Below are positions 49,146 through 61,528 of a stretch of DNA of 64,000 nucleotides, in pieces (positions within the stretch are counted from its first letter, which is position 1; every line of letters starts with the position of its first letter). A program made the translations under genes and the position numbers. The notes beneath the pieces are model-generated. The model saw only the letters and a program-made list of their open reading frames with translations, was not told the DNA's origin and searched no databases. This DNA is from Antedon mediterranea. Its lineage: Eukaryota > Animalia > Echinodermata. The stretch lies in the NCBI RefSeq assembly GCF_964355755.1, contig NC_092677.1, positions 22,183,175-22,247,174 of the forward strand, given 5' to 3'.

Positions 49146-49255
49146 GGTATGAGTTGACCAATTATTTGGGTACGAGTTAGCCAAGTTTGGTACGAGTTGA
49201 CATGGGTACGGATAAAGATCAACCCGTACCCCCATGCCAACTCGTTCCCATCCCA
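49146..49255. repeat. GGTACGAGTTGAC-type short repeats; inverted partner at 55071-55165 (possible ends of an older foldback/TIR element)
   Basis: ACCAATTATTTGGGTACGAGTT here versus AAACTCGTATCCAACCAAATAATTGGT at ~55137-55163. Confidence 0.5.
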
Positions 49256-49610
49256 TAGTAGAATACTACTTACATGTTAGTTTAGCCTAGCTGGGCTAAC
49301 CTACCTCACCTCTCACATGCCCTTCTGAAAAAAACGCGACCGAAATTACTGGAACCCTACCCTAGCCTACTAGACCTAGTCCTAGGCTTAGGCCTAGTAG
49401 ATAGTAGTGATACGTAGTACCATGGAACTATAATAAATGGTAGACGTATTAGTACTGTGTAGTATATGCTAACACGTCTGGCTCTACGAGGCCTTTTTTT
49501 TTTTTTTTATTCAGTATATTACACAGAGGCGCCTTACAAGATGAAACCATCTTAGCTTCAAGGCGCCTCAGATTAACAATTACAACATTTTAAAACAACT
49601 AACAGAAACA

Positions 49611-52600
49611 TCAATTAAATCTTCCAGAATTAACAAGAAATTGTTGTACATAATAAAATAATAAAGCATTTTCACAATTCGAAAGAAGATCGGAACCAAA
49701 AATATAAATTTCACTTAAAAATGTTAAATTAAATGTTAAAGAAAAATCCTTGGCTAAGATATCCTCAATAATTGAGTTAGCGCTTACAAGTAGAATATCT
49801 CTTTGTGTATTATAATTAGGGCAGTAACATAAGAAATGAAGCGGATTCTCAACATTAAAGCCACAAGTACAATTTGGATTGTCCCGAAGTCCATGTAAGA
49901 ATAAATGTGAATTGAGACAGCTGAAACCAAGTCGGATTCTAGTGTGAATTTGGTTAATCTTCTTATCACCTGTATCATAATAAGAACGTTTTTTTGTTTC
50001 AAACAAATTGGATTTCAGTAGCAATTTTTTAAACTCAACAAGAAATGAGGAATTTTTTATTTCATTATTTAACTCATTCCAATGTGTTATAATAGATGGG
50101 ACAAAAGATAAACGATATGATGTGGTCTTACAAAATGGAATTATTATATTTCGGATGTTACGCAAGTTATAAACTTCAATATTGTCAGAAAAATTAAATA
50201 AGGAGTAAAGATACACTGGTGTTAACTTATGAATAATTTTAAAAAACAGTATTAGGTTAAGAAATTTTCTACGTTTTTCCAATGATAACCAGCCTAATTC
50301 TTGTCTTAATTCCACGCACCAGTACATATTCTACCTGCAGAAATCTGGATATTTTCTAGTTCATCACTTAATTTATCTGGAATATTACACCAAACAGGAG
50401 CTGCATATTCCATTAATGGTCTAACGTGTGATATGTAAATGTGACAGAGAGCCTGTCGAGGTAGAATATGTTTGACACGACGTAGCATATTTAAAGATAA
50501 AGACGCTTTGTTAATTACAGATTGGATATGGGAATCCCACTTGAGTTTTGCATTAAGCATTACACCAAGATGCCTATGATCATTTACAAATTGTAGATTT
50601 ACATTATTGAAATTTAAACTAACATAGTTATCTAAATGTTTACGTGTAAACAGTATAGCTTTCGTTTTGTTAGCATTGAATGTTACTTTCCATTTTTTTG
50701 CCCAATTATAAATGACATTAAGATCACCATTTAATTTTTGTTCTGAAATATTACGATCTGTACAAATATCATATAACGAAGTATCATCTGCATATAAACT
50801 AATATTAGATTTGATATTATCAACCATATCATTTATGAATACAATAAATAAAAATGGACCCAAAACAGATCCTTGGGGTACTCCTGCTGTAATGGTCACC
50901 CAAGGACTGGTAGTTCCTTCAATAATAACACGTTGCTCACGTGAGTTTAAGTAACTTTGGAACCATTTTAGAAGAGTGCCATTAATTCCATATTGATTTA
51001 ATTTGTATATAATCCCATTATGCCAAACTTTATGGAAGGCTTTGGAAATATCCAAAAATACCGAGATTACTTCTTTCCTTAAATCTAAAGCTCTATTAAA
51101 TGTATCTATAAGATAAAGAAGTTGATACGTTGTCGAGTCACCTGGTGTAAAACCAGATTGGAATTGAGTAAGAAGTTTATTATCCACAAAGTATTTATAT
51201 ACTATATCAAAAACTAGTTGGAAAGTATGGATATAGGGCGGTAGTTCTCAATAAGGGATTTATTGCCTTTTTTATGCAGAGGAATGACATTTGATTTTTT
51301 CCATTCCACAGGAAAATATCCTTGGCTTATGCAGAAGTTATAAAGCTTTGTCAAATGGGGTGCAATAATTTCAGCAGATTCTTTTAGTATGATACTGTGA
51401 ATTTCATCAGGTCCCATCGCCTTGTTTTTATCCAGCATAGTTAATAATTTCATGATCTCATCAACAGATAATTTGAGAGTTGAGAGTCTCGATGCAGTTC
51501 TATATGTGAAGTCCGAAGGAAAATCATCATGATTAGGAATAAACGATTGAGATTTAAAATAATTGTTAAACGCTTTAACTTTCTCACTATTTAAAGTTAG
51601 GACATCATCGTTTAATTTGATTGGAGGAATCTTATAATATTGTTTGGAATTACAAACTGAATTTATGGTAGACCACCAAGTTTTTGAATCACAGTTTTTA
51701 TTCATTAATAAATCAAATTGTTTATCCAAAAAAGTTTGTTTAGCTTTTCTTATTGCTTTAACAACTTTTGCGCGAATTTTCTTAAAACGTTTCATATGCG
51801 AATTTGAGTTATTTCGAGTGGAATGGGCGCGATTTCTTTTGCGAATAAGAGTTCTAATATGAGCATTAATCCAAGGCTTGTCATTAGGACGCACAGTTAT
51901 AATTTTAGATATATAGTTATCAACACAATTATTAAATAAGTCAATCCAATTTATGACAAACATCTTCAACCTTTGAAGATGAATAAACTTCTTCCCAATT
52001 TACAGAATTAAGAGCATTACGATATAAATTAAAATCAGTTTTTTCAAAAAGATATATTTTACGATTGTATGGCTTGTCCCGTGTGATACGAATATCAATA
52101 TTTGCATATACTGGACTGTGATCACAATTTAAAAGTGGGCACAATGCACCAAAATCATTAATATATACATTTTGACTAGTAACTATATGGTCAATACAAG
52201 ACCGTTGGTCTTTTATGCAACGTGTTGGCATATTGATGTGTTGAGTTAAACCGTTTTGTTGTAAAAATTCGTAAAATGATTTTACAAATCTATTTGTGTT
52301 TCCAGCATTGTACCAGTTGTTATTTTGAGCATTCATATCGCCCATCATTAAAGTTAAGCTGTGTCGAGACAAAACAAAGTTATTAGTACTGTTTTGAAAA
52401 TAGTCAAGTAGATCCTGATCAGATTGAACATCACTTTGTGGTGGCCTATAACATACATAAGTCAAAATCGTCCAGTTTGAAACTTGTATTTCACACCTTA
52501 TCACATCTGACAAGAGATCATTACAAATATGGGAATCAACTAAGTGTATAGAATTAGATATGTAAAGAGCACATCCGCCGCCATGGCGGTTTCTATCATT

Positions 52601-52891
52601 TCTAATAGGTTCTTGATAACCGTCTAGTAAAATGTCATGGTTCAAGATAGTTTGATCTAGCCATGTTTCTGTTAAAGCAATAATATCATAGTTATTTAAA
52701 TTTGCTAGGTGTTGAATTTCAGCTAGTTTACCTGGAACGATTAGACTACGTATGTTAATATGGCAAACTGTAAACTGTTCCGGACCAGGATTTGGATGTA
52801 TATCGCCGCACAATAAAAGCATGCACATTAGAATACTTAATTTGATAGCAACATTATTACGCCCCAAATTTATGATAAATAAATTATCCAT
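49611..52891 (-). pseudogene. CR1-group ORF2 (2A-like leader, APE, RT, C-terminal Cys/His motif), broken into 4 pieces
   Basis: GDIHPNPGP; NIRSL, TETWL, GGG, YRPP, GDMN, CDH; NYRPISIL; DISKAFH (KAFD mutated), GVPQGSVLGP, YADD; CTCG...HFLCYC. Breaks at ~51950, ~51200 and ~50310. Confidence 0.9.
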
Positions 52892-53085
52892 TATCAGTAA
52901 AAAAAATAAGTAAAGTACTCACTTTAAAAACGCTAGCACATATGAGAACACTTAGCCAAACGAACATAGTAAACATTGAAATAAAAACAAGAGAACACGT
53001 TTTTGCTATCTAAAATCAACAAATAATGGTCATATTCCGTCGGTAAGAAACGAACTGTTAATGACACCGCACAGCCTAAACGTTC

Positions 53086-53655
53086 TTAATGTTCAGCAAT
53101 CAGTCGTTCAAAATCATTTTCATTCTTGATATGCTTGGGTTTTTCTTCACCTTTACACAGGGCCCATATCTTGCATCTGTTAGTCCAGGCACGTTGAACT
53201 CCATCATGGTGTCTTACCTTCCAAAAGAGATTGAAATTTGCTTTTGTTAAGTCTTCCGAGATATAAACCGGCATACCCTTCAGTTTGGATTTGGCTGCAA
53301 ACACATTGTTACGGGTCCTGATTGAATTGAACCGAACAATTATTGGCCTAGGCTTGTCAGTAATAGGACCGATTCGATGAGATACTTCAATATCGTCGGA
53401 CTTGAAAGTGATACCCATTTTGTCGCGAATAACCTCCGCCACCAAATCATCAGTTGACTTTGTCGAGTCCTGTAAACCGTAGAATCTAAGGTTATTGCGA
53501 CGTGAATATTGTTCTAAATAGTCCAATCTGGTTTCAATATTACTGATTTGCTCCTGCAGCTTATCAAATGCTTTGTTTAATGTCTCAGTAATAGAAGTAG
53601 TCAGCTCCTGAAGCAAGTCTTTCTTCAGCTTATCAACATCTAACTTCGGGGCCAT
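53086..53655 (-). CDS. LINE ORF1p (short coiled coil plus RRM/CTD, transposase_22-like)
   Basis: LEQYSRRNNLRFYGL...DIEVSHRIG...RPIIVRF...ISEDLT...AWT. Confidence 0.88.
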   Translation of the reverse strand: MAPKLDVDKLKKDLLQELTTSITETLNKAFDKLQEQISNIETRLDYLEQYSRRNNLRFYGLQDSTKSTDDLVAEVIRDKMGITFKSDDIEVSHRIGPITDKPRPIIVRFNSIRTRNNVFAAKSKLKGMPVYISEDLTKANFNLFWKVRHHDGVQRAWTNRCKIWALCKGEEKPKHIKNENDFERLIAEH

Positions 53656-54188
53656 GATTACACTTGCTTTTATACAGTACCACCACTGTTTTACATATCA
53701 GGTCACAATCACAGCTGGTAATTTCGGCCAAATTTACTAATTTGCATAAGTGACGCAGATGTTTGGAAACCTTATTGATGGATTTTGATTTGCATATGGC
53801 TAGCACAGTAATAGTTAACCTTGCAGTGCTTTCAACGGCGAGCCAATGGCAATAGATGCGGTATCATGGGGGTAAAATACTCACTGCTTATTGACACCGA
53901 CAGAGCATTGACCATCATCTTTAAAAGTTTACATGATAAGTCCTAGATGCTATTTACGATGATAATGATACAATCAGGAAAAAACAAAGATAAATGTCTC
54001 TTTGAAAGGTGAAAATCGAGAGCAAAAAAGTTGTACGTGCTCACTCACCCAATGTCTCTCATAGGATGGCTTTTTATGCTCATAGGATGGCTTTTTTGGG
54101 CGTCCCAATGTAGGCCTATGCCTATAGCTAGGACAGATTTCCCATTCCTGCAGGCCTTTAGCCTATGCTCTAGTAGGGCGGCCGGGTG

Positions 54189-55061
54189 GCGATTTTTTTT
54201 TTCGTACATAAGTAAACATGAATAATTCTTTAGTTAAATTTTTTGTTCCGTGTGTACCCAATCGTATAGCAACAAGTGATTACAACTGCGATACGATTCT
54301 TTCTAGGCCTAGGATTCTAGGTCAATTCATGTGATTGCCTTCGCGCACTCTTCTTCACACACACACTAACCTATGCAAAATGTGTCGAGGCTAATCGACA
54401 GCTAGGCAAGACATTCAACTAAGTAGTAATTAGACATAGCCCATAGAAAGCTTAGACCCACAAGAAGAATGTGTATAATTTGTGTACTGTAATTTTTTAA
54501 TTCTGCTATTTTATTATCAAACAATATGCATGTACTCAAATGAACTTTAAAAATGCGCGTTACATTATGAGCACATGAGATGGAAAGATTAGAACCACGA
54601 GAATAAAAAATGTATTTTTGTGTAATGTAATTGTTTAATTTTGCTGACTTTTTACTCGGACTGTGTCATACCTATAACTACACACACACCCAGACAGACT
54701 AATAGAATAGACATGGGCTTTAGAGACTAATAATTAGGCCTAATAGTATTAATAGAAACTATAATTTTAACACGTAATTCTTTAGTAATACATTATATTA
54801 AAAACACTATCATAAACTAAAGGCTGATTATTTCGACAATCCACACAAAACGCCGCTATTCTTTTATGAAATCGCACGCCGCAACCACAGCGGCGGAGAT
54901 ATAGGCCTAGAATCGTATCGCAGTTGTGTCGTGTAATCATTTCTTGTTGCTATACACTTGGGTGCACACGGAACAAGAAAATTTAACTGATGAATTATTC
55001 ATGTTTATTTTGTGACGTTTCATTAAGGGGTCCCCAACTTATGTACGAAAAAAAAAATCGC
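54189..55061. mobile_element. Mutator-like (MULE) MITE, 873 bp
   Basis: Long imperfect TIRs (GCGATTTTTTTTTTCGTACATAAGT...ACTTATGTACGAAAAAAAAAATCGC, ~120-160 bp). Perfect 9-bp TSD GGCCGGGTG (54180-54188 / 55062-55070). Confidence 0.9.
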
Positions 55062-55491
55062 GGCCGGGTGTACCCTGGTCGATTCACCCCTGGTCGACTC
55101 GTACCCATTCCAACTCGTACTTAACTTCCTACCCTAAACTCGTATCCAACCAAATAATTGGTTGATTTCCCGTTAGACTAGTAGGCCTAGCCTAGCTACA
55201 ATATTCATTATGCCCTGCTAAAAAGGTAGATGAGCTACTAGACTAATTACGTAATTCGTATAATAACAATAATTGACTAGAAGGCCTAAAAGCGGCGGAA
55301 AACACCTATCCATTCTTGCATGGCAGTACGAAAACCTGCCTATGGTTGTACATCATTGTAAATTGTCAACTTACACTGTGCTACGGACAGTGTACCGTGT
55401 GTTAAAAGTACAGCATTTATAGCAGACAGCAACGGGTATTACTTGCTATAGTTTTACAGATAGCACCTATGGACAGTAGCAGAATCGGGTG

Positions 55492-56595
55492 TTAAAGTTG
55501 TCCTTACGTACCTCAACACATTTCTCCAATATCTCCATTTCCCCACTACATTCTTTTACAAACATTTTTTTGGCATGCTGGCCAAAATGCACCAGGGCCG
55601 ATTGTTCACCTTCGATCATGGTTGGTTGTCAATGTGGTGAGTAAAAAGATTTTCCCATGTGTGTCACGCGTTGAGCATCAACATGTTTTGCTTGGCGGCA
55701 ATGTTTCATTTATTTATTTCACTTTACAAATATATAAATATAAAGTGGAGGGGCCTAAAAGAAAGCAAAACTTGTGGTGAATAGGCTCCTCAAAACAAAT
55801 AATAAAATATAAATAATATAACACAATTAGAAACTCCAAAAAAACAACAATTTAACTAATATCTTTTCTCTAACACATAAGTTTAACATGTTTAAAACTA
55901 AAAAATCAGTTAAAAAATAGATTATATAAATTATTTAAGAAATATCCAAATATATGTAAATAATAAAAGAACTTACAAAGAACCTTCAACCAATAATAGT
56001 TTAAATTGACGTTTAAATAAGGCACAGTTATGATATTTTTTAAGTGATAAAGGAAGAGAATTCCAGAGTTTAGGTCCAGTGTATACAAGGGTGTTCATTT
56101 TAAGACTAGATCGAGTAAGTGGCAGGTGATCTTTTTTGTCTTGTTTGGTGAGTGTGATATTGTTTATTTTGAGTGAATTTACTGGATGATATTATGGGTG
56201 GGAAGTGTCCAGCGGTTAATTGAAACATGATGACACCAACATTAAATGTATAGAGGTCCTCAATTTTTAATATTTTATTTTTTTGAAAGAGATCTTGGGT
56301 GTGAGCACCCTGAGATAATTCTGACAGCTCGTTTCTGGATTAATCAAATTTTAGTAATAATTGATTTTGAAGCATTTCCCCAAGCAAGAACACCATAATT
56401 TAAGTACGATAATATAAGAGTAGAATATAAAATATTTAATACTTTTTGAGGAAATATTGATTTCAATTTATACATCATGCCAACATGTTTTGATAATAAT
56501 TTGCAAAGGTAATTAACATGGGCTTTCCAGTCAAGTCTGTCGTCAATAAATATACCAAGAAATTTTGTGTTGATTATTTGATTAATAGGAACGTA
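55492..56595 (-). pseudogene. Duplicate of block 19318-20420, including the Crack/CR1 3' fragment, copy 2
   Basis: Collinear and highly similar, with the same satellite junction TTAATAGGAACGTACAGAAATCTACTCAG. Confidence 0.9.
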
Positions 56596-59500
56596 CAGAA
56601 ATCTACTCAGAATTTACGTACCGACATCGACCGCGTTTTTAAGTACAGACATCGACCCCGTTTTTACGTACAGACATCGACCTAGTTTTTACGTACATAC
56701 ATCGACACCGATTTTACGTACAGACATCGACCCCATTTTTACGTACAGACATCGACCTAGTTTTTACGTACCGTCATCGACCTCAATTTAACGTACAGAC
56801 AGCGACCCCGATTTCACGTACAGACATCGACCTAGTTTTGATGTACAGACATCGACGCTGATTTTACGCAAAGACAACGACCATGATTTCACGTACAGAC
56901 ATCGACCCCGATTTTACGTACAAACATCGACCATGATTTTACGTACAGACATCGACCTAGTTTTTACGTACAGTCATCGACCCTGATTTTACATACAGAC
57001 ATCGACCTAGTTTTGACGTACAGACATCGACCCCGTTTTTACATACAGATATCGACTCAGTTTTTACGTACAGACATCGACCTAGTTTTACGTACCGACA
57101 TCGACCTCGACTTTACGTACAGACAGCGACCACGATTTTACGTACAGCCATCAACCCCGTTTTGACGTACAGACATCGACTTAATTTTGACGTACAGACA
57201 TCGACTTAATTTTGACGTACAGATATCGACCCCGATTTTACGTACATACATCGACCCGATTTTACGTACAGTCATCGACCCATTTTTTACGTACAAACAT
57301 CAACCTCGATTTTACGTACAGACCTCGACTCCGATTTTACGTACATACATCGACCCCGATTATACGTACAGACATCGACACCGATTTTACGTACAGACAT
57401 CGATCTAGTTTTTACGTACAGACATCGACCCCGATTTTACGTACATAAATCGACTCCTATTTTACGTACAGACATTGACCCTGATTTTACGTACAGACAT
57501 TGACCCCGATTTTACGTACATACATCGACCCCGATTTTACGTACAGACATCGACCCAGTTTTTACGTACAGACATCAACCTCGATTTTACGTACCGACAT
57601 CGATCCCTATTTTACGTACATACATCGACCCCGATTTTACGTAGAGACATCGACCCCAATTTTACGTACAGACATTGACCCGATTTTACGTACAGTCATC
57701 GACCCAGTTTTGACGTACAAACATCAACCTCGATTTTACGTACCGACATCGACCCCTATTTTACGTACATACATCGACCCCGATTTTACGTACATACATC
57801 GACCCGTATTTATTAACAGACATCGACCTAGTTTTTACGTACAGACATCGACCCCGATTTTACGTACAGACATCAATCCCGATTTTATGTACATACATCG
57901 ACCCCAATTTTACGTACAGACATCGACCTCGATTTTACGTATAGACATCGACCTAGTTTTTACGTACAGACATCGACCCTGATTTTACATACAGACATCG
58001 ACCCCGTTTTTACGTACCGACATCGACCTCAATTTTACGTACAGACAGCGACCCCGATTTTACTTACAGACATCGACCTAGTTTTAACGTACAGATATCG
58101 ACCCGATTTTGACGTACATACATCGACAGCGATTTTACGTAAAGACAACGACCCCGATTTTACGTACAGAGATCGACCCCGATTTAACGTACATACATCG
58201 AACCCGATTTTACGTACATACATCGACCCCGATTTTACGTACAGTCATCGACCAAGTTTTTACGTACAGACATCAACCTCGATTTTACGTACAGACATCG
58301 ACCCTGATTTTACGTACATACATCGACCCCGATTTTACGTACAGACATCGACCCCGATTTTACGTACAGACATCGACCCGATTTTACGTACAGCCATCAA
58401 CCCCGTTTTTACGTACAGACGTCGACCCCGTTTTGACAAACAGACATCGACCTAGTTTTTACGTACCGACATCGACCTCGTTTTGACTTACATACATCGA
58501 CCCAGTTTTTACGTACAGGCATCGACCCCGATTTTACGTACAGACAGCCACACCGTTTTACGTACATACATCGACCCCGATTTTACGCACATACATAGAC
58601 CCCGATTTTACGTACAGTCATCGACCAAGTTTTTACGTACAGAAATCGACCCCGATTTTACGTACATACATCGACCCCGATTTTACGTACAGACATCGAC
58701 CCAGTTTTTACGTACAGACATCAACCTCGATTTTACGTACCGACATCGATCCCTATTTTACGTACATACATCGACCCCGATTTTACGTAGAGACATCGAC
58801 CCCAATTTTACGTACAGACATTGACCCGATTTTACGTACAGTCATCGACCCAGTTTTGACGTACAAACATCAACCTCGATTTTACGTACCGACATCGACC
58901 CCTATTTTACGTACATACATCGACCCCGATTTTACGTACATACATCGACCCGTATTTATTAACAGACATCGACCTAGTTTTTACGTACAGACATCGACCC
59001 CGATTTTACGTACAGACATCAATCCCGATTTTATGTACATACATCGACCCCGATTTTACGTACAGACATCGACCTCGATTTTACGTATAGACATCGACCT
59101 AGTTTTTACGTACAGACATCGACCCTGATTTTACATACAGACATCGACCCCGTTTTTACGTACCGACATCGACCTCAATTTTACGTACAGACAGCGACCC
59201 CGATTTTACTTACAGACATCGACCTAGTTTTAACGTACAGATATCGACCCGATTTTGACGTACATACATCGACAGCGATTTTACGTAAAGACAACGACCC
59301 CGATTTTACGTACAGAGATCGACCCCGATTTAACGTACATACATCGAACCCGATTTTACGTACATACATCGACCCCGATTTTACGTACAGTCATCGACCA
59401 AGTTTTTACGTACAGACATCAACCTCGATTTTACGTACAGACATCGACCCTGATTTTACGTACATACATCGACCCCGATTTTACGTACAGACATCGACCC

Positions 59501-61528
59501 CGATTTTACGTACAGACATCGACCCGATTTTACGTACAGCCATCAACCCCGTTTTTACGTACAGACGTCGACCCCGTTTTGACAAACAGACATCGACCTA
59601 GTTTTTACGTACCGACATCGACCTCGTTTTGACTTACATACATCGACCCAGTTTTTACGTACAGGCATCGACCCCGATTTTACGTACAGACAGCCACACC
59701 GTTTTACGTACATACATCGACCCCGATTTTACGCACATACATAGACCCCGATTTTACGTACAGTCATCGACCAAGTTTTTACGTACAGAAATCGACCCCG
59801 ATTTTACGTACAGAAATCGACCCCGATTTTACGTACAGACATCGACCCCGATTTTAGGTACAGACATCGACCGGATTTTACGTACAGTTATCGACCCAGT
59901 TTTTACGTACAGACATCAACCTCGATTTGACGTACAGACACCGACCCCGATTTTACGTACAGCCATCAACCCTGTTTTTACGTACAGACATCGACCTAGT
60001 TTTGACGTACAGACATCGACCCCGTTTTGACATACAGACATCGACCCCGTTTTGACATACAGACATCGACTCTGTTTTTACGTACAGACATCGACCTAGT
60101 TTTTACGTACCGACGTCGACTTCGATTTTACGTACAGACATCGACTCTGTTTTTACGTACAGACATCGACCTACTTTTGACGTAGAGAAATCGACCCCCA
60201 TTTTGATGTACAGACATCGACCACGTTTTTACGTACAGACATCGAACCCGATTTACCGTACAGGCATCGACATCGATTTAACGTACAGACATCGACACCG
60301 ATTTTATGTACATGCATCGAACCCGATTTTACGTACAGACATCGACCCCGATTTTACGTACAGACATCGACCCCGTTTTTACGTACAGACATCGACCTAG
60401 TTTTTACGTATAGAAATTGACCCTGATTTTACAAACAGACATCGACCTAGTTTTGACGTACATATATCGACTCCGTTTTTACGTACAGACATCGACCTAG
60501 TTTTTACGTACAGACATCAACCTCGATTTTACGTACAGACATCGAACCCGATTTTACGTACATACATCGACCCCGATTTTACGTACAGTCATCGACCAAG
60601 TTTTTACGTACAGACATCAACCTCGATTTTACGTACAGACATCGACCCTGATTTTACGTACATACATCGACCCCGATTTTACGTACAGACATCGACCCCG
60701 ATTTTACGTACAGACATCGACCCGATTTTACGTACAGCCATCAACCCCGTTTTTACGTACAGACGTCGACCCCGTTTTGACAAACAGACATCGACCTAGT
60801 TTTTACGTACCGACATCGACCTCGTTTTGACTTACATACATCGACCCAGTTTTTACGTACAGGCATCGACCCCGATTTTACGTACAGACAGCCACACCGT
60901 TTTACGTACATACATCGACCCCGATTTTACGCACATACATAGACCCCGATTTTACGTACAGTCATCGACCAAGTTTTTACGTACAGAAATCGACCCCGAT
61001 TTTACGTACAGAAATCGACCCCGATTTTACGTACAGACATCGACCCCGATTTTAGGTACAGACATCGACCGGATTTTACGTACAGTTATCGACCCAGTTT
61101 TTACGTACAGACATCAACCTCGATTTGACGTACAGACACCGACCCCGATTTTACGTACAGCCATCAACCCTGTTTTTACGTACAGACATCGACCTAGTTT
61201 TGACGTACAGACATCGACCCCGTTTTGACATACAGACATCGACCCCGTTTTGACATACAGACATCGACTCTGTTTTTACGTACAGACATCGACCTAGTTT
61301 TTACGTACCGACGTCGACTTCGATTTTACGTACAGACATCGACTCTGTTTTTACGTACAGACATCGACCTACTTTTGACGTAGAGAAATCGACCCCCATT
61401 TTGATGTACAGACATCGACCACGTTTTTACGTACAGACATCGAACCCGATTTACCGTACAGGCATCGACATCGATTTAACGTACAGACATCGACACCGAT
61501 TTTATGTACATGCATCGAACCCGATTTT
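56591..61528. repeat. 25-bp satellite array 6 with 1146-bp and 1198-bp tandem duplications
   Basis: ORFs repeat at 58035/59181 and 58109/59255 (1146) and at 59629/60827 and 60203/61401 (1198). Confidence 0.96.

Larger units (their letters stand above)
49494..54050 (-). mobile_element. Full-length but decayed CR1-group LINE (~4.55 kb) with poly(A) tail
   Basis: Poly-T at 49494-49508. 3' stem-loop GAGGCGCCTT..AAGATG..CATCTT..AAGGCGCCTC (49526-49569). ORF1 and a fragmented ORF2. 5' motif GTGAGTGAGCACGTAC...GCTCTC near 54020-54048. Confidence 0.9.

Noticed and set aside
2516-61528. Dozens of ORFs with TYRHRPRFYVQTSTPILRTDIDPDF repeats, suggesting a repetitive protein family
   Set aside because: They are translations of the stop-poor 25-bp satellite and appear in all frames, with no frame conservation.
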